Source: Macrostomum lignano (taxonomy: Eukaryota). Taken from it: a DNA stretch of 64,000 nt. The stretch's first letter is position 1, and each line of letters opens with the position of its first letter. Below are positions 23,502 to 34,604 of the stretch, piece after piece. A program made the position numbers and the translations under genes. The stretch covers positions 302,182 through 366,181 of the forward strand of contig NIVC01000300.1 of NCBI GenBank assembly GCA_002269645.1. The letters run 5' to 3'. The notes under the pieces were generated by a model. That model was not told the origin of the DNA and ran no database searches. It saw only the letters and a program-made list of their open reading frames with translations.

Positions 23502-26500
23502 TCAGAACTGCTGCAGTATGTGCTGATTCTGCAACTCCTGCCGCAGCTGCCGCAGTTTCAACGCATCCGACGGTGACGAAGCTCCGTCCAGGTAGTCGCC
23601 GTCGTCACCGACGTTGCCGGGTCGGCGCTCTTCCTCGACAAACGACAGCGCCGCTGCCGACTGCCTACGGCTGCCGGCTCGCCAGTTCTCCTCCCGGCGG
23701 CGCGGTATGAAGATGCTGCCGCGCTGGAAGCTGAGCCGCCGGTTCTCGTCAACGCTTTCAACAGCCGGCACCGGATTCGGGGGACGAAGCTGTTCCGGCT
23801 CCGTCTCTGCGCGGGGTTCCTCCGCTATCACCGCCTGCGGAGTTTCCTCGTCATCCACTGGCGATGGCGACGACTCAGCATCTGCATCGCTCTCGACCTC
23901 GGCGAGTTCCGTTGCCTCCGCGGCCAGAGTTGGCGGCTGCTGCGAGACCGGACTGCAGCGGGGCGGGTTGAAAAAACATCATGGGTTAAATAGTTCTTTC
24001 AATTGCTTGGTTGAGCATTCACAAGTTCGAAACTTCCGAAGCTTCTCAAGCTTAAGTTTAAATGGGTTGGGTTATGGTTAGGGTTGGCAGTCAATTGTCA
24101 TTGGCAAGAATTGAACTGATCGATCATTAAATCTTAAGGTAACTGAGGATAAAGTATTTTTTTCTGCGTTTATGAAGTTAAAGCCGGTCGATATTTAGCA
24201 GCAAGAGAATGGGGTGGATGGGGAATGAGGGTGTGATCTTGTGCGCGAGACTGTGGGGGTTGGGGCTGGTCGATATTTAGCGGTGTAGAGATCTAAAAGT
24301 AGTAACATAAAGTTATGAATACAAATTTAAAAATAGCTATGTGTCATACTCTATTTTTAGTAATACCAGTCATATCACGCAAACAGCGAGTGGCTATGCT
24401 ATTGTTCGAAAAAACCGGTTCTCGACATCTATTTTTAGAACTTCCAAATATGGTAAATATTAACCTGAATGTAACCCAAGTCTCACCCCTTTCTATTCAA
24501 AAACCCCACCTGTCAAATAATAAAATTCCTTTCGTGAACTCATCAAAAAAACCGGTTTTGAGCTCAAGGTCGACTCAAGGCCGAAAAATTGTGTATAAAT
24601 ACAAACGCAAAATCCGAGCTGAAATCTCAGACTCGGAGCAGCCTCCAAAGAGGCTATATCTCTGAGGAAGAGATAAACACCAATTGGTAAGCTTTGTTCA
24701 AGTCTTCGTTATTTTGATTATTGAGAGCGATTGTTATTGCCGGCCGTTACTGTTCAGTTGATTTTATTGAGTCTATTGAGTTTGAGGCCTCCCTTTTCCT
24801 AAGGGATTGGATAGGATCTGCGGACCGATTCCGATAACCTTAGAGGATTATTGATTTGATTGATTTTGGTTATCCTAGATTAACCGATAGGAGCACACGA
24901 CTCCGATTCCGTTAGTTCTAGAAGAAGACGCCCTTTCTGGAGGACCTCGTATAGAAGTTGATTTTGTTACTAGGGCGCATCGTTGACATTGATTTCTGCA
25001 CTCGAGGAATACATTGATTTCTGCACCCGAAGAAATACTGCGACGTCGATTTAATTGTTACGCTCTCACCTTCGGCCGATTCTAGACTTCAAGAAGACTA
25101 CCCCGGGAGGAACAGCTGTAAGGAGACGAGCTCTACAGACACGCGCGACAAAGAAGAGGAGCCCGCAACAGTAAGTGATCACTGATTTTGTTCCCAGGCT
25201 TAAGTGTCTGGAAGTGGGAGTTTTCGGGGGATTGATCACCTCCCGAATCGACTCTTCAGCGGCAAGAGAATGGGTTGGAGGGGGAATGAGGGTGTGATCT
25301 TGTGCGCGAGGCTGTGGGGGTTGGGGCTGGTCGATATTTAGCGGCAAGAGAATGGGGTGGAGGGGAAATGAGGGTGTGATCTTGTGCGCGAGACTGTGGG
25401 GGTTGGGGCTAGTCGATATTTAGCGGCAAGAGAATGGGGTGGAGGGGTGTGATCTTGTGCGCGAGACCGTGGGGGTTGGGGCTGGCCGATATTTAGCGGC
25501 AAGAGAATGGGGTGGAGGGGGAATGAGGGTGTGATCTTGTGCGCGAGACTGTGGGGGTTGGGGCTGGTCGATATTTAGCGGCAAGAGAATGGGGTGGAGG
25601 GGTGTGATCTTGTGCGCGAGACTGTGGGGGTTGGGGCTGGTCGATATTTAGCGGCAAGAAAATGGGGTGGTGGGGGATGTGAGGGTGTTATCAAGTGTGC
25701 CTGTGGCTCTGGTGTTTTAGGGGTAGCACTCAATTATTAAGAGTGCGGCTAGTTGACATAAAGTACGAGTACATACAAGTAAAGTATTTGATCGTCTTTA
25801 AATTTAATCTTTTTAAATGCGGTGGCATTAATAAATCGCACTTAAAGCCAAAGTCAGAAGCCTGCTTGATTTTTGTTAAAAGTGCATCCTCAGCTGTTAG
25901 TTAAACCTGGACAATTCTGCTTTGACTTGAGATTGGGTGGGACTGTGAAGGGAAGAACGGGCAGAGAATTGATCACCTGATGCGACCTGCACCTGGCAAG
26001 GTTCCTGGGAGTCAGTTTCAACGTTTGCTTTATTTTATTTAACAGCAATAGCCAGAAATTTTAATCAGTGTCCAACAGACTGCTTACCTGCAACAGTTTA
26101 AATTGAAAACAGCGTTAGTGTGACTTGAATACTTATTCAGCGACTTCAAATAAAGAAGAAGTGCAAGATAGCGCTGGAGACCTATTTCCACGGGAGCGCA
26201 AAATGTATGATTGATGAGCATAGTGGATTAGCGGGTCTGACGGATTTCGGCAAAGGGGCCGGTGACAGTGATTGATAGATGGGAAGAGGCGGCTACAAAA
26301 ATGCGGACCCGTTTAACGGCATGTTTGCTCGGCATGTCAAAGTGGCTGAGCAGTGCCAATGCCAAACTCCCATTTTGAATACTTGGAGAGTAAATAAGTT
26401 GGATGGCAAGATTCTAGTTTTACTTGAAGTACTCCTAAGTACACCTTTCGAGCTCATCTTGGGCGAATGAATGATTGCAGAAAGAAGGCAGAGTAATGAT

Positions 26501-29500
26501 AAGTATAGTGAAAGGCAAGATGACAGGTATTAAATGTTGCAGACAGATCCAGAAAGATTGTGACAAGAAGATATAAAATGCAGAGTAACATATAAAGTAC
26601 AGTTACAGAGTGACAGATACTGTTACAGAGTGACAGATACTGTTGCAGAGTGACAGATACTGATACAGAGTGACAGATACTATTACAGAGGGACAGATAC
26701 TGTTACAGAGTGACAGATACTGTTGCAGAGTGACAGATACTGTTACAGAGTGACAGATACTGTTACAGAGTGACAGATACTGTTACAGAGTGACAGATAC
26801 TGTTACAGAGTGACAGATACTGTTACAGAGTGACAGATACTGTTACAGAGTGACATACTGTTACAGAGTGACAGATGCTGTTACAGAGTGACAGATACTG
26901 TTACAGAGTGACAGATTCTGTTACAGAGTGACAGATACTGTTACAGAGTGACATATAATGTTGCAGAGTGACAGATACTGTTGCAGAGTGACAGCAAGTA
27001 CGGAGCAGAGTGACAGACCCACCGACTCTTGGTAAGGGGCACCACGACTGGCGCCCGCTGGCTGGCCAAGATGAGGATGGCGGCGATGCAGCAGACGCAG
27101 GCGGCCAGGCCCAGCAGGATGGCGGCGAGCTGCCAGGCGGGCAGCAGTGGCTGGCAGTTGAGCAGATTTTCCGGGCACACGCAGCTGCAAAGAGGAGATG
27201 GCGGGCGGGCGGGCGAGCGGGCGTACAGATAGTGTGACATGGGGTGTGACAGATAGTGTGACATAGGGTGTGACATATAGTGTGACATAGGGTGTGACAG
27301 ATAGTGTGACATGGGGTGTGACAGATAGTGTGACATAGGGTGTGACATATAGTGTGACATAGGGTGTGACAGATAGTGTGACATGGGTGTGACACATAGT
27401 GCGACATGGGATGTGACAGTGTGGCATGGGGTGTGACAGTGTGACATGGGGTGTGACAGACAGCGTGCCGTGTGCGACGCAAAGGAAAGTCGAAACGCAC
27501 TCAAATCCGCGGAATTTATCCACGCAGACGTAGGGCGAGGGGCAGGGCGAGGAGGAGCAGTCGTCAAAGTCGATCTCGCACCGATCGCCGACCCAGCCGG
27601 TGGGGCAGCGACACAGGTAGCCCCGGTTGAAGAATCCCTCGGAGCGTACGGTGCTCTGGCAGTCCGGGTCCCAGACGGGGCCTGAGGGAGGGCGGCGGAA
27701 CACTCAAGGTGATTTTGAGGCGCAAACTTTCTATTTTTATTCGTAATATACTGGAATTACCTTCAGATTTAATGACCAACTGTTTGACCACAGGATGGCA
27801 AGTTAGACTTGGAAATTTATCTGAATAAACACAGTTAGGTATTAAGAGCGTGCCTGTACCGACCTTAGGCCGGTTTACCTTTTTGACATTTGGATGTCAA
27901 ATATCAAAGTGAAGAGCTACCTGTTGGAATAAAGGGGCTACCTGTCGGAATGAATGGGCTACCTGTCGGAGTGAAGGGACTACCTGTCGGAATGAAGGAA
28001 TTACCTGTCGGAATGAATGGACTACCTGTCGGAATGAATGGACTACCTGTCGGAATGAAGGGACTACCTGTCGGAATGAAGGGACTACCTGTCGGAATGA
28101 AGGGACTACCTGTCGGAATGAAGGGACTACCTATCGGAATGAAGGGACTGCCTGTAAAAATGCCATTAAAACGGGCAACTACCCATGGGAGCGGCTTTGG
28201 AGCGGCGATCCCGCGGCTCCCCGCAGGATCAGCTGTGTAGACTCGGGAGGGGGTCCCAAGTCTGACTTGCAAGACTTACCCCAGCAGGTGCCCTCATTCA
28301 CGCAGGGATTCTGCAGGATGAACACCCGGATGTACAGTCGGGACTCCAGCCGGTATTTGTCTGTGTAGGCCAGGGCGAAGCGGTCCACGCCCACCTGTCC
28401 GAGGCCCGGCCGGTAGCGCAGCAGGTGGGCGAACCAGGACAGCTCGGCGGGCGGGTAGGGCAGGCTGAGGTTGCAGGGGTGCCAGGCGGTCACGGTGGCG
28501 TCCCACTCGCTGAGGTTCCTGGCGGCCAATCGCTCCTCGTCCGTCAGCTCGCAGTCGGTCGGCTCGACCAGGGCGGCCGCGGATGCGGAGTCGTTGAGGC
28601 GGCCGATCAGCTGGCCGAGCCGCGGCCGCTCGTCGTCCGGCAGTTCGACTCGGATGGCTTCGTTGGCGTCGTAATCGAAGACACCTGCGGTGAGCCGGAG
28701 GTCGGCGTACACGGTGTTGTTGCCGGTGTTCTGCTCCACACACAGGCTGAGGTTGCGGTGCTGCTCACGCACCGAGTCGAACTCGGTGAGGTCGGCAGCC
28801 AGGCCGGACTGTGAGGCGAACACCTGCGGATAGTCCGGCTCCTCCTCAATGATGATGAAGTAGGCGGTGTGGGCCGTGTAGTTCGAGCTGCTGGACACCT
28901 CCTGGACTGTGATGTTCAGGCGGGCTGCGCCAGTCTTGTGCTGCAGTGTGGAGATGATAAGAGGAGATGAGAAAACCGGTCTATAGATGAGGACAGGAGA
29001 GGGTAGGGTCCATAGATGAGGACAGGACAGGGTAGGGGTCTATAGATGAGAACAGGACAGGGTAGGGGTCTATAGATGAGGACAGGACAGGGTAGGGGTC
29101 TACAGATGAGGACAGGACAGGGTAGGGGTCTATAGATGAGGACAGGACAGGGTAGGGGTCTATAGATGAGGACAGGACAGGGTAGGGGTCTATAGATGAG
29201 GACAGGACAGGGTAGGGGTCTATAGATGAGGACAGGACAGGGTAGGGGTCTATAGATGAGGACAGGACAGGGTAGGGGTCTATAGATGAGGACAGGACAG
29301 GGTAGGGGTCTATAGATGAGAACAGGATAGGGTAGGGGTCTATAGATGAGAACAGGATAGGGTAGGGGTCTATAGATGAGGACAGGACAGGGTAGGGGTC
29401 TATAGATGGGACAGGACAGGGTAGGGGTCTATAGATGAGAACAGGATAGGGTAGGGGGTCTATAGATGAGAACAGGACAGGGTAAGGGCTATTTGAATGC

Positions 29501-30782
29501 CTGACTATAGCACCCCAGTCGCCAGAAGTTCCAGGGTGGACCAGAAGCAGTCAGCAGTTCCTACCGGCCTGTGGTCGAACCGGATGACCCCGTCCCTGTC
29601 GATGGACCAGTTCCCCTGGTGCACCCAGTCCGCAGTTGTTGGCAGCCTGTCGAAGACCACGCAGCTCTGCGGGCAGATGCTGCTGATGTCGATGGTGAAA
29701 CTGTCGGGCACTGAGTGCTCCTGGACTCGGGAGCGGAGATTCAGAAACACCAGCTCGTCTTCGAGGTTGCAGTTGCACACCGCAGGGCTGGGGTCGAGAT
29801 TGTTGCTTCCGGACTCCCAGAAACAGCTGGACAGGATGAGGAGAGCCAGGACTGACTGCCTTATGAGCTGCTGTGCGGCGAGGCAAAGTTGAAGGCTATT
29901 TTTCAGGATTCAGTCCTGTTTTACTGTATGAGAGTCCTGATATATGGGTGAGATTGACAGTACCGATCTATGGGTAAGATTGAGATTCCTAATCTGTGGG
30001 TGAGATTGACAGTCCTGATCTATGGGTGAGATTGACAGTCCCAATCTATGGGTGAGATTGAGATTGAGAGTCCTGATCTATGGGTGAGATTGAGATTGAC
30101 AGTCCCGATCTATGGGTGAGATTGAGATTGACAGTCCTATCTTATGGGTGAGATTGACAGTCCTATCTATGGGTGAGATTGAGATTGAGAGTCCTGATCT
30201 ATGGGTGAGATTGAGATTGACAGTCCTATCTATGGGTGAGATTGAGATTGAGAGTCCTGATCTATGGGTGAGATTGAGATTGACAGTCCCGATCTATGGG
30301 TGAGATTGACAGTCCTGATCTATGGGTGAGATTGACTGTCCTGATCTATGGGTGAGATTGACAGTCCTGATCTATGGGTGAGATTGACAGTCCTGATCTA
30401 TGGGTGAGATTGACAGTCCTGATCTATGGGTGAGATTGAGATTCCTAATCTGTGGGTGAGATTGAGAGTCCTGATCTATGGGTGAGATTGACAGTCCCGA
30501 TCTATGGGTGAGATTGACAGTCCCGATCTATGGGTGAGATTGACAGTCCTGATCTATGGGTGAGATTGACAGTCCTGATCTATGGGTGAGATTGACAGTC
30601 CCAATCTATGGGTGAGATTGAGATTGAGAGTCCTGATCTATGGGTGAGATTGAGATTGACAGTCCCGATCTATGGGTGAGATTGAGATTGACAGTCCTAT
30701 CTTATGGGTGAGATTGACAGTCCTGATCTATGAGATTAATTTGATAGTCACAATCTCGCAGACTTACAAAGGTTTTCTCCAT
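23502..30782 (-). CDS. Type I membrane protein with degenerate cadherin-like repeats, two EGF-like domains, one TM helix and a ~165-aa cytoplasmic tail (~608 aa)
   Basis: complement(join(23502..23952,27023..27184,27501..27681,28280..28940,29514..29870,30768..30782)) = 1827 nt, open from ATG to TGA with phases 0,0,1,2,2. It encodes a signal peptide (MEKTFQLIRQSVLALLILSSCFWESG), EGF motifs (YLCRCPTGWVGDRCEIDFDDCSSSPC..CVD..GFDCVCP) and a TM helix (WQLAAILLGLAACVCCIAAILILA). The 15-nt first exon and the GTGCTA donor at 29513 are the weakest junctions. Confidence 0.85.
24187..25690 (+). repeat. ~70-80-bp G-rich minisatellite split by the solo LTR
   Basis: Unit GCAAGAGAATGGGGTGG..GTGATCTTGTGCGCGAGACTGTGGGGGTTGGGGCTGGTCGATATTTAGCG; one unit lies left of the LTR and about 5-6 lie to the right. 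Confidence 0.9.
24284..25258. mobile_element. Solo LTR (975 bp) inserted into a minisatellite
   Basis: It begins TGTAGAG and ends CTCTTCA (imperfect inverted ends, TG..CA). It is flanked by a GCGG duplication (24280-24283 and 25259-25262) that splits one repeat unit at TTTAGCGG|CAAGAG. No internal gag/pol sequence is present. Confidence 0.8.
26595..27017 (+). repeat. 20-bp minisatellite (TGTTACAGAGTGACAGATAC)n
   Basis: Tandem units ending about 5 nt from the donor at 27022. Confidence 0.92.
27225..27462 (+). repeat. GTGTGACA-based minisatellite filling intron 27185-27500
   Basis: Tandem units. Confidence 0.88.
27915..28155 (+). repeat. 21-bp minisatellite (TACCTGTCGGAATGAAGGGAC)n
   Basis: About 11 tandem units. 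Confidence 0.9.
28975..29490 (+). repeat. 30-bp minisatellite (TATAGATGAGGACAGGACAGGGTAGGGGTC)n
   Basis: About 17 units filling intron 28941-29513. Confidence 0.95.
29945..30735 (+). repeat. 26/32-bp minisatellite (ATCTATGGGTGAGATTG[AGATTG]ACAGTCCTG)n
   Basis: Tandem units filling intron 29871-30767. Confidence 0.92.
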
Positions 30783-31438
30783 TGAAGTCGTCCTTCACAA
30801 GCCGGCAGAATATAATATGTCGTGGTTGCCAAGAACCCGCGTACAGTTGAGTCCAGTCTTACTAAACTCTAGTCCAAGTTAGCTAGTTCAAGCTAGTTAT
30901 GTGCTCAACTTTAACGAGTCAAAAGCCCTATCTTATCAGCAATTTGGCAATTCAAATTAGAAAAGCCATTTGCCCATTTTGCATGACAAGCAGCAGATTC
31001 TCTGGACTCGCCCTGTCGCCCATGGAGACAGAAAACAGGTAAATGCTGCAGCAGGTGTCAACTGTTCGCTCTTTTGGTTGTGCACGGACAAATTTCGGTG
31101 TTAAATACGAATTATAGTCTACTAAGAGTAGAAATAAATGGAAAATTTCACTTAAAACATATTCAAAGTTTAACTTTACTGGTTTTGATAAGTATAGCTT
31201 ATACCGTATAACGGATAATCAAAATCGGTTAAAAAGATTAATAAAAAGAATAAAACGCGTATATTTGAGGACGGTGAGTCATCACAGACGGTGGCGGCAA
31301 TACGCGCTAAAAGGATAAAAGATTTACGAGCGCGAAGTTAGAAATAAGTCAATAATAAAAAGTTACGAGGCAAAATAGTAGTCCCGTGCTTTTAGCCTAC
31401 TTATAGTAGACAAAAAACATTTTAGTAGCCTAAATGAG

Positions 31439-32408
31439 CTACTTTGCGCCCCCGATGCTGTTCTCCAGCTCCACCAGCAGCTCGATGAGCGCGGCACAGA
31501 ATTCGTCAACGCCCGGCGCCAGGCCGAGGCGCACCGGCATCTCCGGGTAGCCCAGGCCGAACTTCACCAGCCAGTAGAAGGCCCGCTCGGCCGACTCGTG
31601 CGCGGGCTTGCTCAACCGATCGCGCAGCTGCATCATGCCGACTTTCGACTGGCCGAAGCCGCCGGTCATCAGCAGGCGTAAGAAGGCGATCAGAGTGGCG
31701 AAACCCGTCTGCAAATCTGCCAGCACCTGCGGATTGGTGAGTTGCGGCATGATTTTAATTGGCAAACCGCAGACTCTGATACTGCAGATTTTGGCACAGC
31801 GGTCTGTCGCATTGTTTGTGCTTTCTGGAGGTCCTAGGTTCGAATCTTGAGTTATCTAACGGCTTTAAGCTTAAGTAGATAAAATACACAGAAAGCAGCC
31901 TGTACTGAGGGGAAGGTCTTAGCGCAGCGGTCCAGCGTATCGCTTTCACATCCTAGAGGTCTCGGGATCGATGGCCACACCATTTTCAATATGAAAATAA
32001 ACTAATTTTCACAACATATCGCCAGAGTAGGTTTAATGAGCTCAAAGTCCCACGACTACGTACTTCGAAAGAGCGATCGGCAAGACTCTTTAGAGATTTC
32101 ACACTTATAAAGCGTCCCCGATAAGATTTCGAAATTTTCTAACCTGCGGATGGAACCGATTGACGCCGCAGGCCACTAGAAGGCCGGTCAGGGCCGCATG
32201 CTTGAGGCAGCCGCATGCGTCAAGCTCCTCGGCCGTCCAGGTGCCGTCCTGATTCTGGCGTCGGACCAGCTCAGGCTCCAGTGATGCCGATGAGGCGTTG
32301 GTCGACAGGATGGGGCGCAGGGCCTGGTGGAGGCGGTCCCGGTTCAGGTAGACGCTGGCCACGGGCGGCTCATCCTTAGCCAGCTTCAGCGTTGAGTACA
32401 TGGCCAGG
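31439..32408 (-). CDS. Uncharacterised protein (at least 181 aa) with a QW-like motif; 5' end uncertain
   Basis: Two GC3-rich exons, 32144-32401 (from ATG; an acceptor CCCCTAG precedes 32408) and 31439-31726 (to TAG), join in phase 0 (..VNRFHPQ|VLADLQ..; donor GTTAGA, acceptor CCGCAG). Flanks are AT-rich. Confidence 0.65.
31788..31990 (+). mobile_element. Two degenerate tRNA-derived/SINE-like elements in the orphan gene intron
   Basis: First: TGGCACAGCGG (~31792) with GGTTCGAATCT (~31837). Second: TAGCGCAGCGG (~31920, identical to the A box at 35230) with a decayed B box and a loosely tRNA-Val(CAC)-like body. Confidence 0.45.
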
Positions 32409-33349
32409 CTAGGGGCATCGGATCAATAGATATACAGGTACGTGGGAAAATATGCCGAACAATCTGTTCTACGATACATATCGGCAAGCAGAGCTAAATA
32501 AGATGTCTAAATCAGAACTCCTTCGATACATATCGGTAGACAGCTAAATTCCTAGCAATAATAGAGTTACGTTGGTAGGCTGTTTGAAATGAAAACAACT
32601 CAAAAACACCACAAGATTCAATGGGAAAGCATTAAGCCAGTAAACATAAATATTAAAGCATAAATATGAATATTTGAAACATTTATTGGCCAGATCTTCC
32701 ATACCAAAAGTGGCAAAAAGATTGGCAGGGCAAAACAATATTTACTAACAAAAACAGAAACAGCACAACAAAGATTATCAAGTGGGTAAAATACATATTC
32801 ATGTTTTTAGAAAAAAAAACTGCTTACATAGATTCACACAGTCTACTCGGCAGTAGTATGTAAATATGTAAGTGTACGTGAACAGTTGCGAATAAATATT
32901 GGAAAGGATATAAAAACCGGACCCAAAAATAACGAATTTAAAAATTGTAAAAAACCAATGTTTTCTAAGAAAGCAATGTACATTTTTATCCAACTACAGC
33001 ACAGGCTTAGTAGTCCATTTTGGTCCGTCTGTGCGCCAAGCTGGTTGCTAAGACATCTCCTGGAGCACTAAAGGCACAAAAAAGCGAACTAAAATATGGA
33101 TTTGATAACTAAATAAACACATTGTCGTTTACCTTGAGATCGGCTGTAGTGATAATTGCAGTAAAAGTTATAATATAGATAAAACTAACTTTGTCTAAAT
33201 GGCAGAAATAGCAGAGAACTAGGTATTTTCACTTAATGCCGAATATAACTTGTATTGCATGGGTGCTTAGATTTCAGGTTTATTAATCTCAGGTGCTTAA
33301 AGTACATCCACCAGCCTGTAATTAACTTTTGCTGCTAATGAGAGGCGCC

Positions 33350-33700
33350 ATTAGATTCTCAGGGAGAGACCATTAGGTGCTTAGGGGGGGCACCATCGAG
33401 TGCTTAAGCGGACACGATTAGGTGCTTAGTGGGAGCACCATTAGGTGCTTAGTGGGAGCACCATTAGGTGCTTAGGAGGCACCATTAGATTCATAGTGAG
33501 TGCCATTAAATTCCCAATGGGCGCCATTAGATTCCCAGGGGGTACCATTAGATTCCCAGTGGGGGTATTATTAGATCCCCAGTGGGGGTATTATTAGATT
33601 CCCAGTGGGGGTATTATTAGATCCCCAGTGGGGGTATTATTAGATTCCCAGTGGGGGTATTATTAGATTCCCAGGGGGGCGCTATTAGGCGCTTAGGGGC
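33350..33700 (+). repeat. Degenerate ~23-bp repeats (CATTAGGTGCTTAG / TATTAGATTCCCAGTGGGGG)
   Basis: Short tandem units. Confidence 0.7.
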
Positions 33701-34604
33701 ACCGTTAGACTCTTAAAGTGCTTAGAGAACTCTATATTCGGTGCGAAATTGAATCTAGCAAGAGAGTCTATTGATACAAGTCACTGGCAACACGAGAGCA
33801 AATTAAGCAAAAATGTATAATAATTCAAAAGCAGGAACAACATGGACAAATAAATTAAAACTGCACTAGCTGCATTAAAATATTACAGGTGCCCATTCTG
33901 AGCTTCAATTAATTAATTATTAAAATAATTAAATTAGCTTTTATGGAACTTAAGCGTTCGAATTTATTAAACATTTTCTGAACTACAAACAGCCAGGCTT
34001 TTGGCCTCCGATTGAAGCAGTTTTACAACACATTCTAGCAATACTGACACCTATTTAAACAAATCGTGTTCTATTTGTCAGTGAATTATAATTTTTTTAT
34101 TTATTTCATAACAAAACAAAACACACCAGCTTTCAGATCGGAAGAAGCAAAAATAGACAAAAACATTGCACAAACACAGAAGTTTTATTAGCAAATTCGA
34201 AGCAACTTCTCAGTAAAAATGTAAACAGGGCAAGCAGTATTGCCATTTGAAAAAAAACATTGCAAAGTATTATTATTAAACTCGAAACTTAAGCAGAGGA
34301 AATTGCTGTAAATATGGTATATAGATATTAATTTTTAGTATATGGAAATAAATATAAATCAGTCTCTTCGGCTGAAATTAAATCTTTGATGAATATTTTG
34401 ATTTTTTAATAATTTACAGAAAGTTAGTTTCCTGTTTTGATACTACTGATCATATTTCCCAGCGGCAGTAGTATATAAAAAGCCGTAAATTTTTTGGTGA
34501 AAAAAAGTCGACTTTTCTAAAGCGATCCTCTCGGAGATTCTCGATGCAGTCAGTCAGTTACAACTCTTTGATTTCAAGCCTTTTGCAAGCAAAACTCTGC
34601 CGCT

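Noticed and set aside
24315-24665. 116-aa ORF (and 25066-25347) inside the solo LTR
   Set aside because: No gag, pol or env motifs; consistent with chance ORFs in LTR sequence.
28294-28849. Overlapping alternative-frame and antisense ORFs over GC-rich exons (also 34674-35232, 37286-38077, 43833-44628, 46778-47093)
   Set aside because: These are expected shadows of GC3-biased coding exons; only one frame gives family motifs and phase-consistent splicing.
31439-32401. Histone-fold (SUPT7L/TAF8-like) reading of the orphan protein
   Set aside because: The resemblance is only a loose hydrophobic pattern; the QNQDGTW motif fits an alpha/alpha-toroid repeat better. An HMM search is needed to exclude it fully.
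32960-33260. Possible extra AT-rich 5' exons of the orphan gene (donors near 33132 and 32980)
   Set aside because: A phase-consistent path can be drawn, but the codon composition is unlike the confirmed exons and the donors are weak; not supportable without transcripts.
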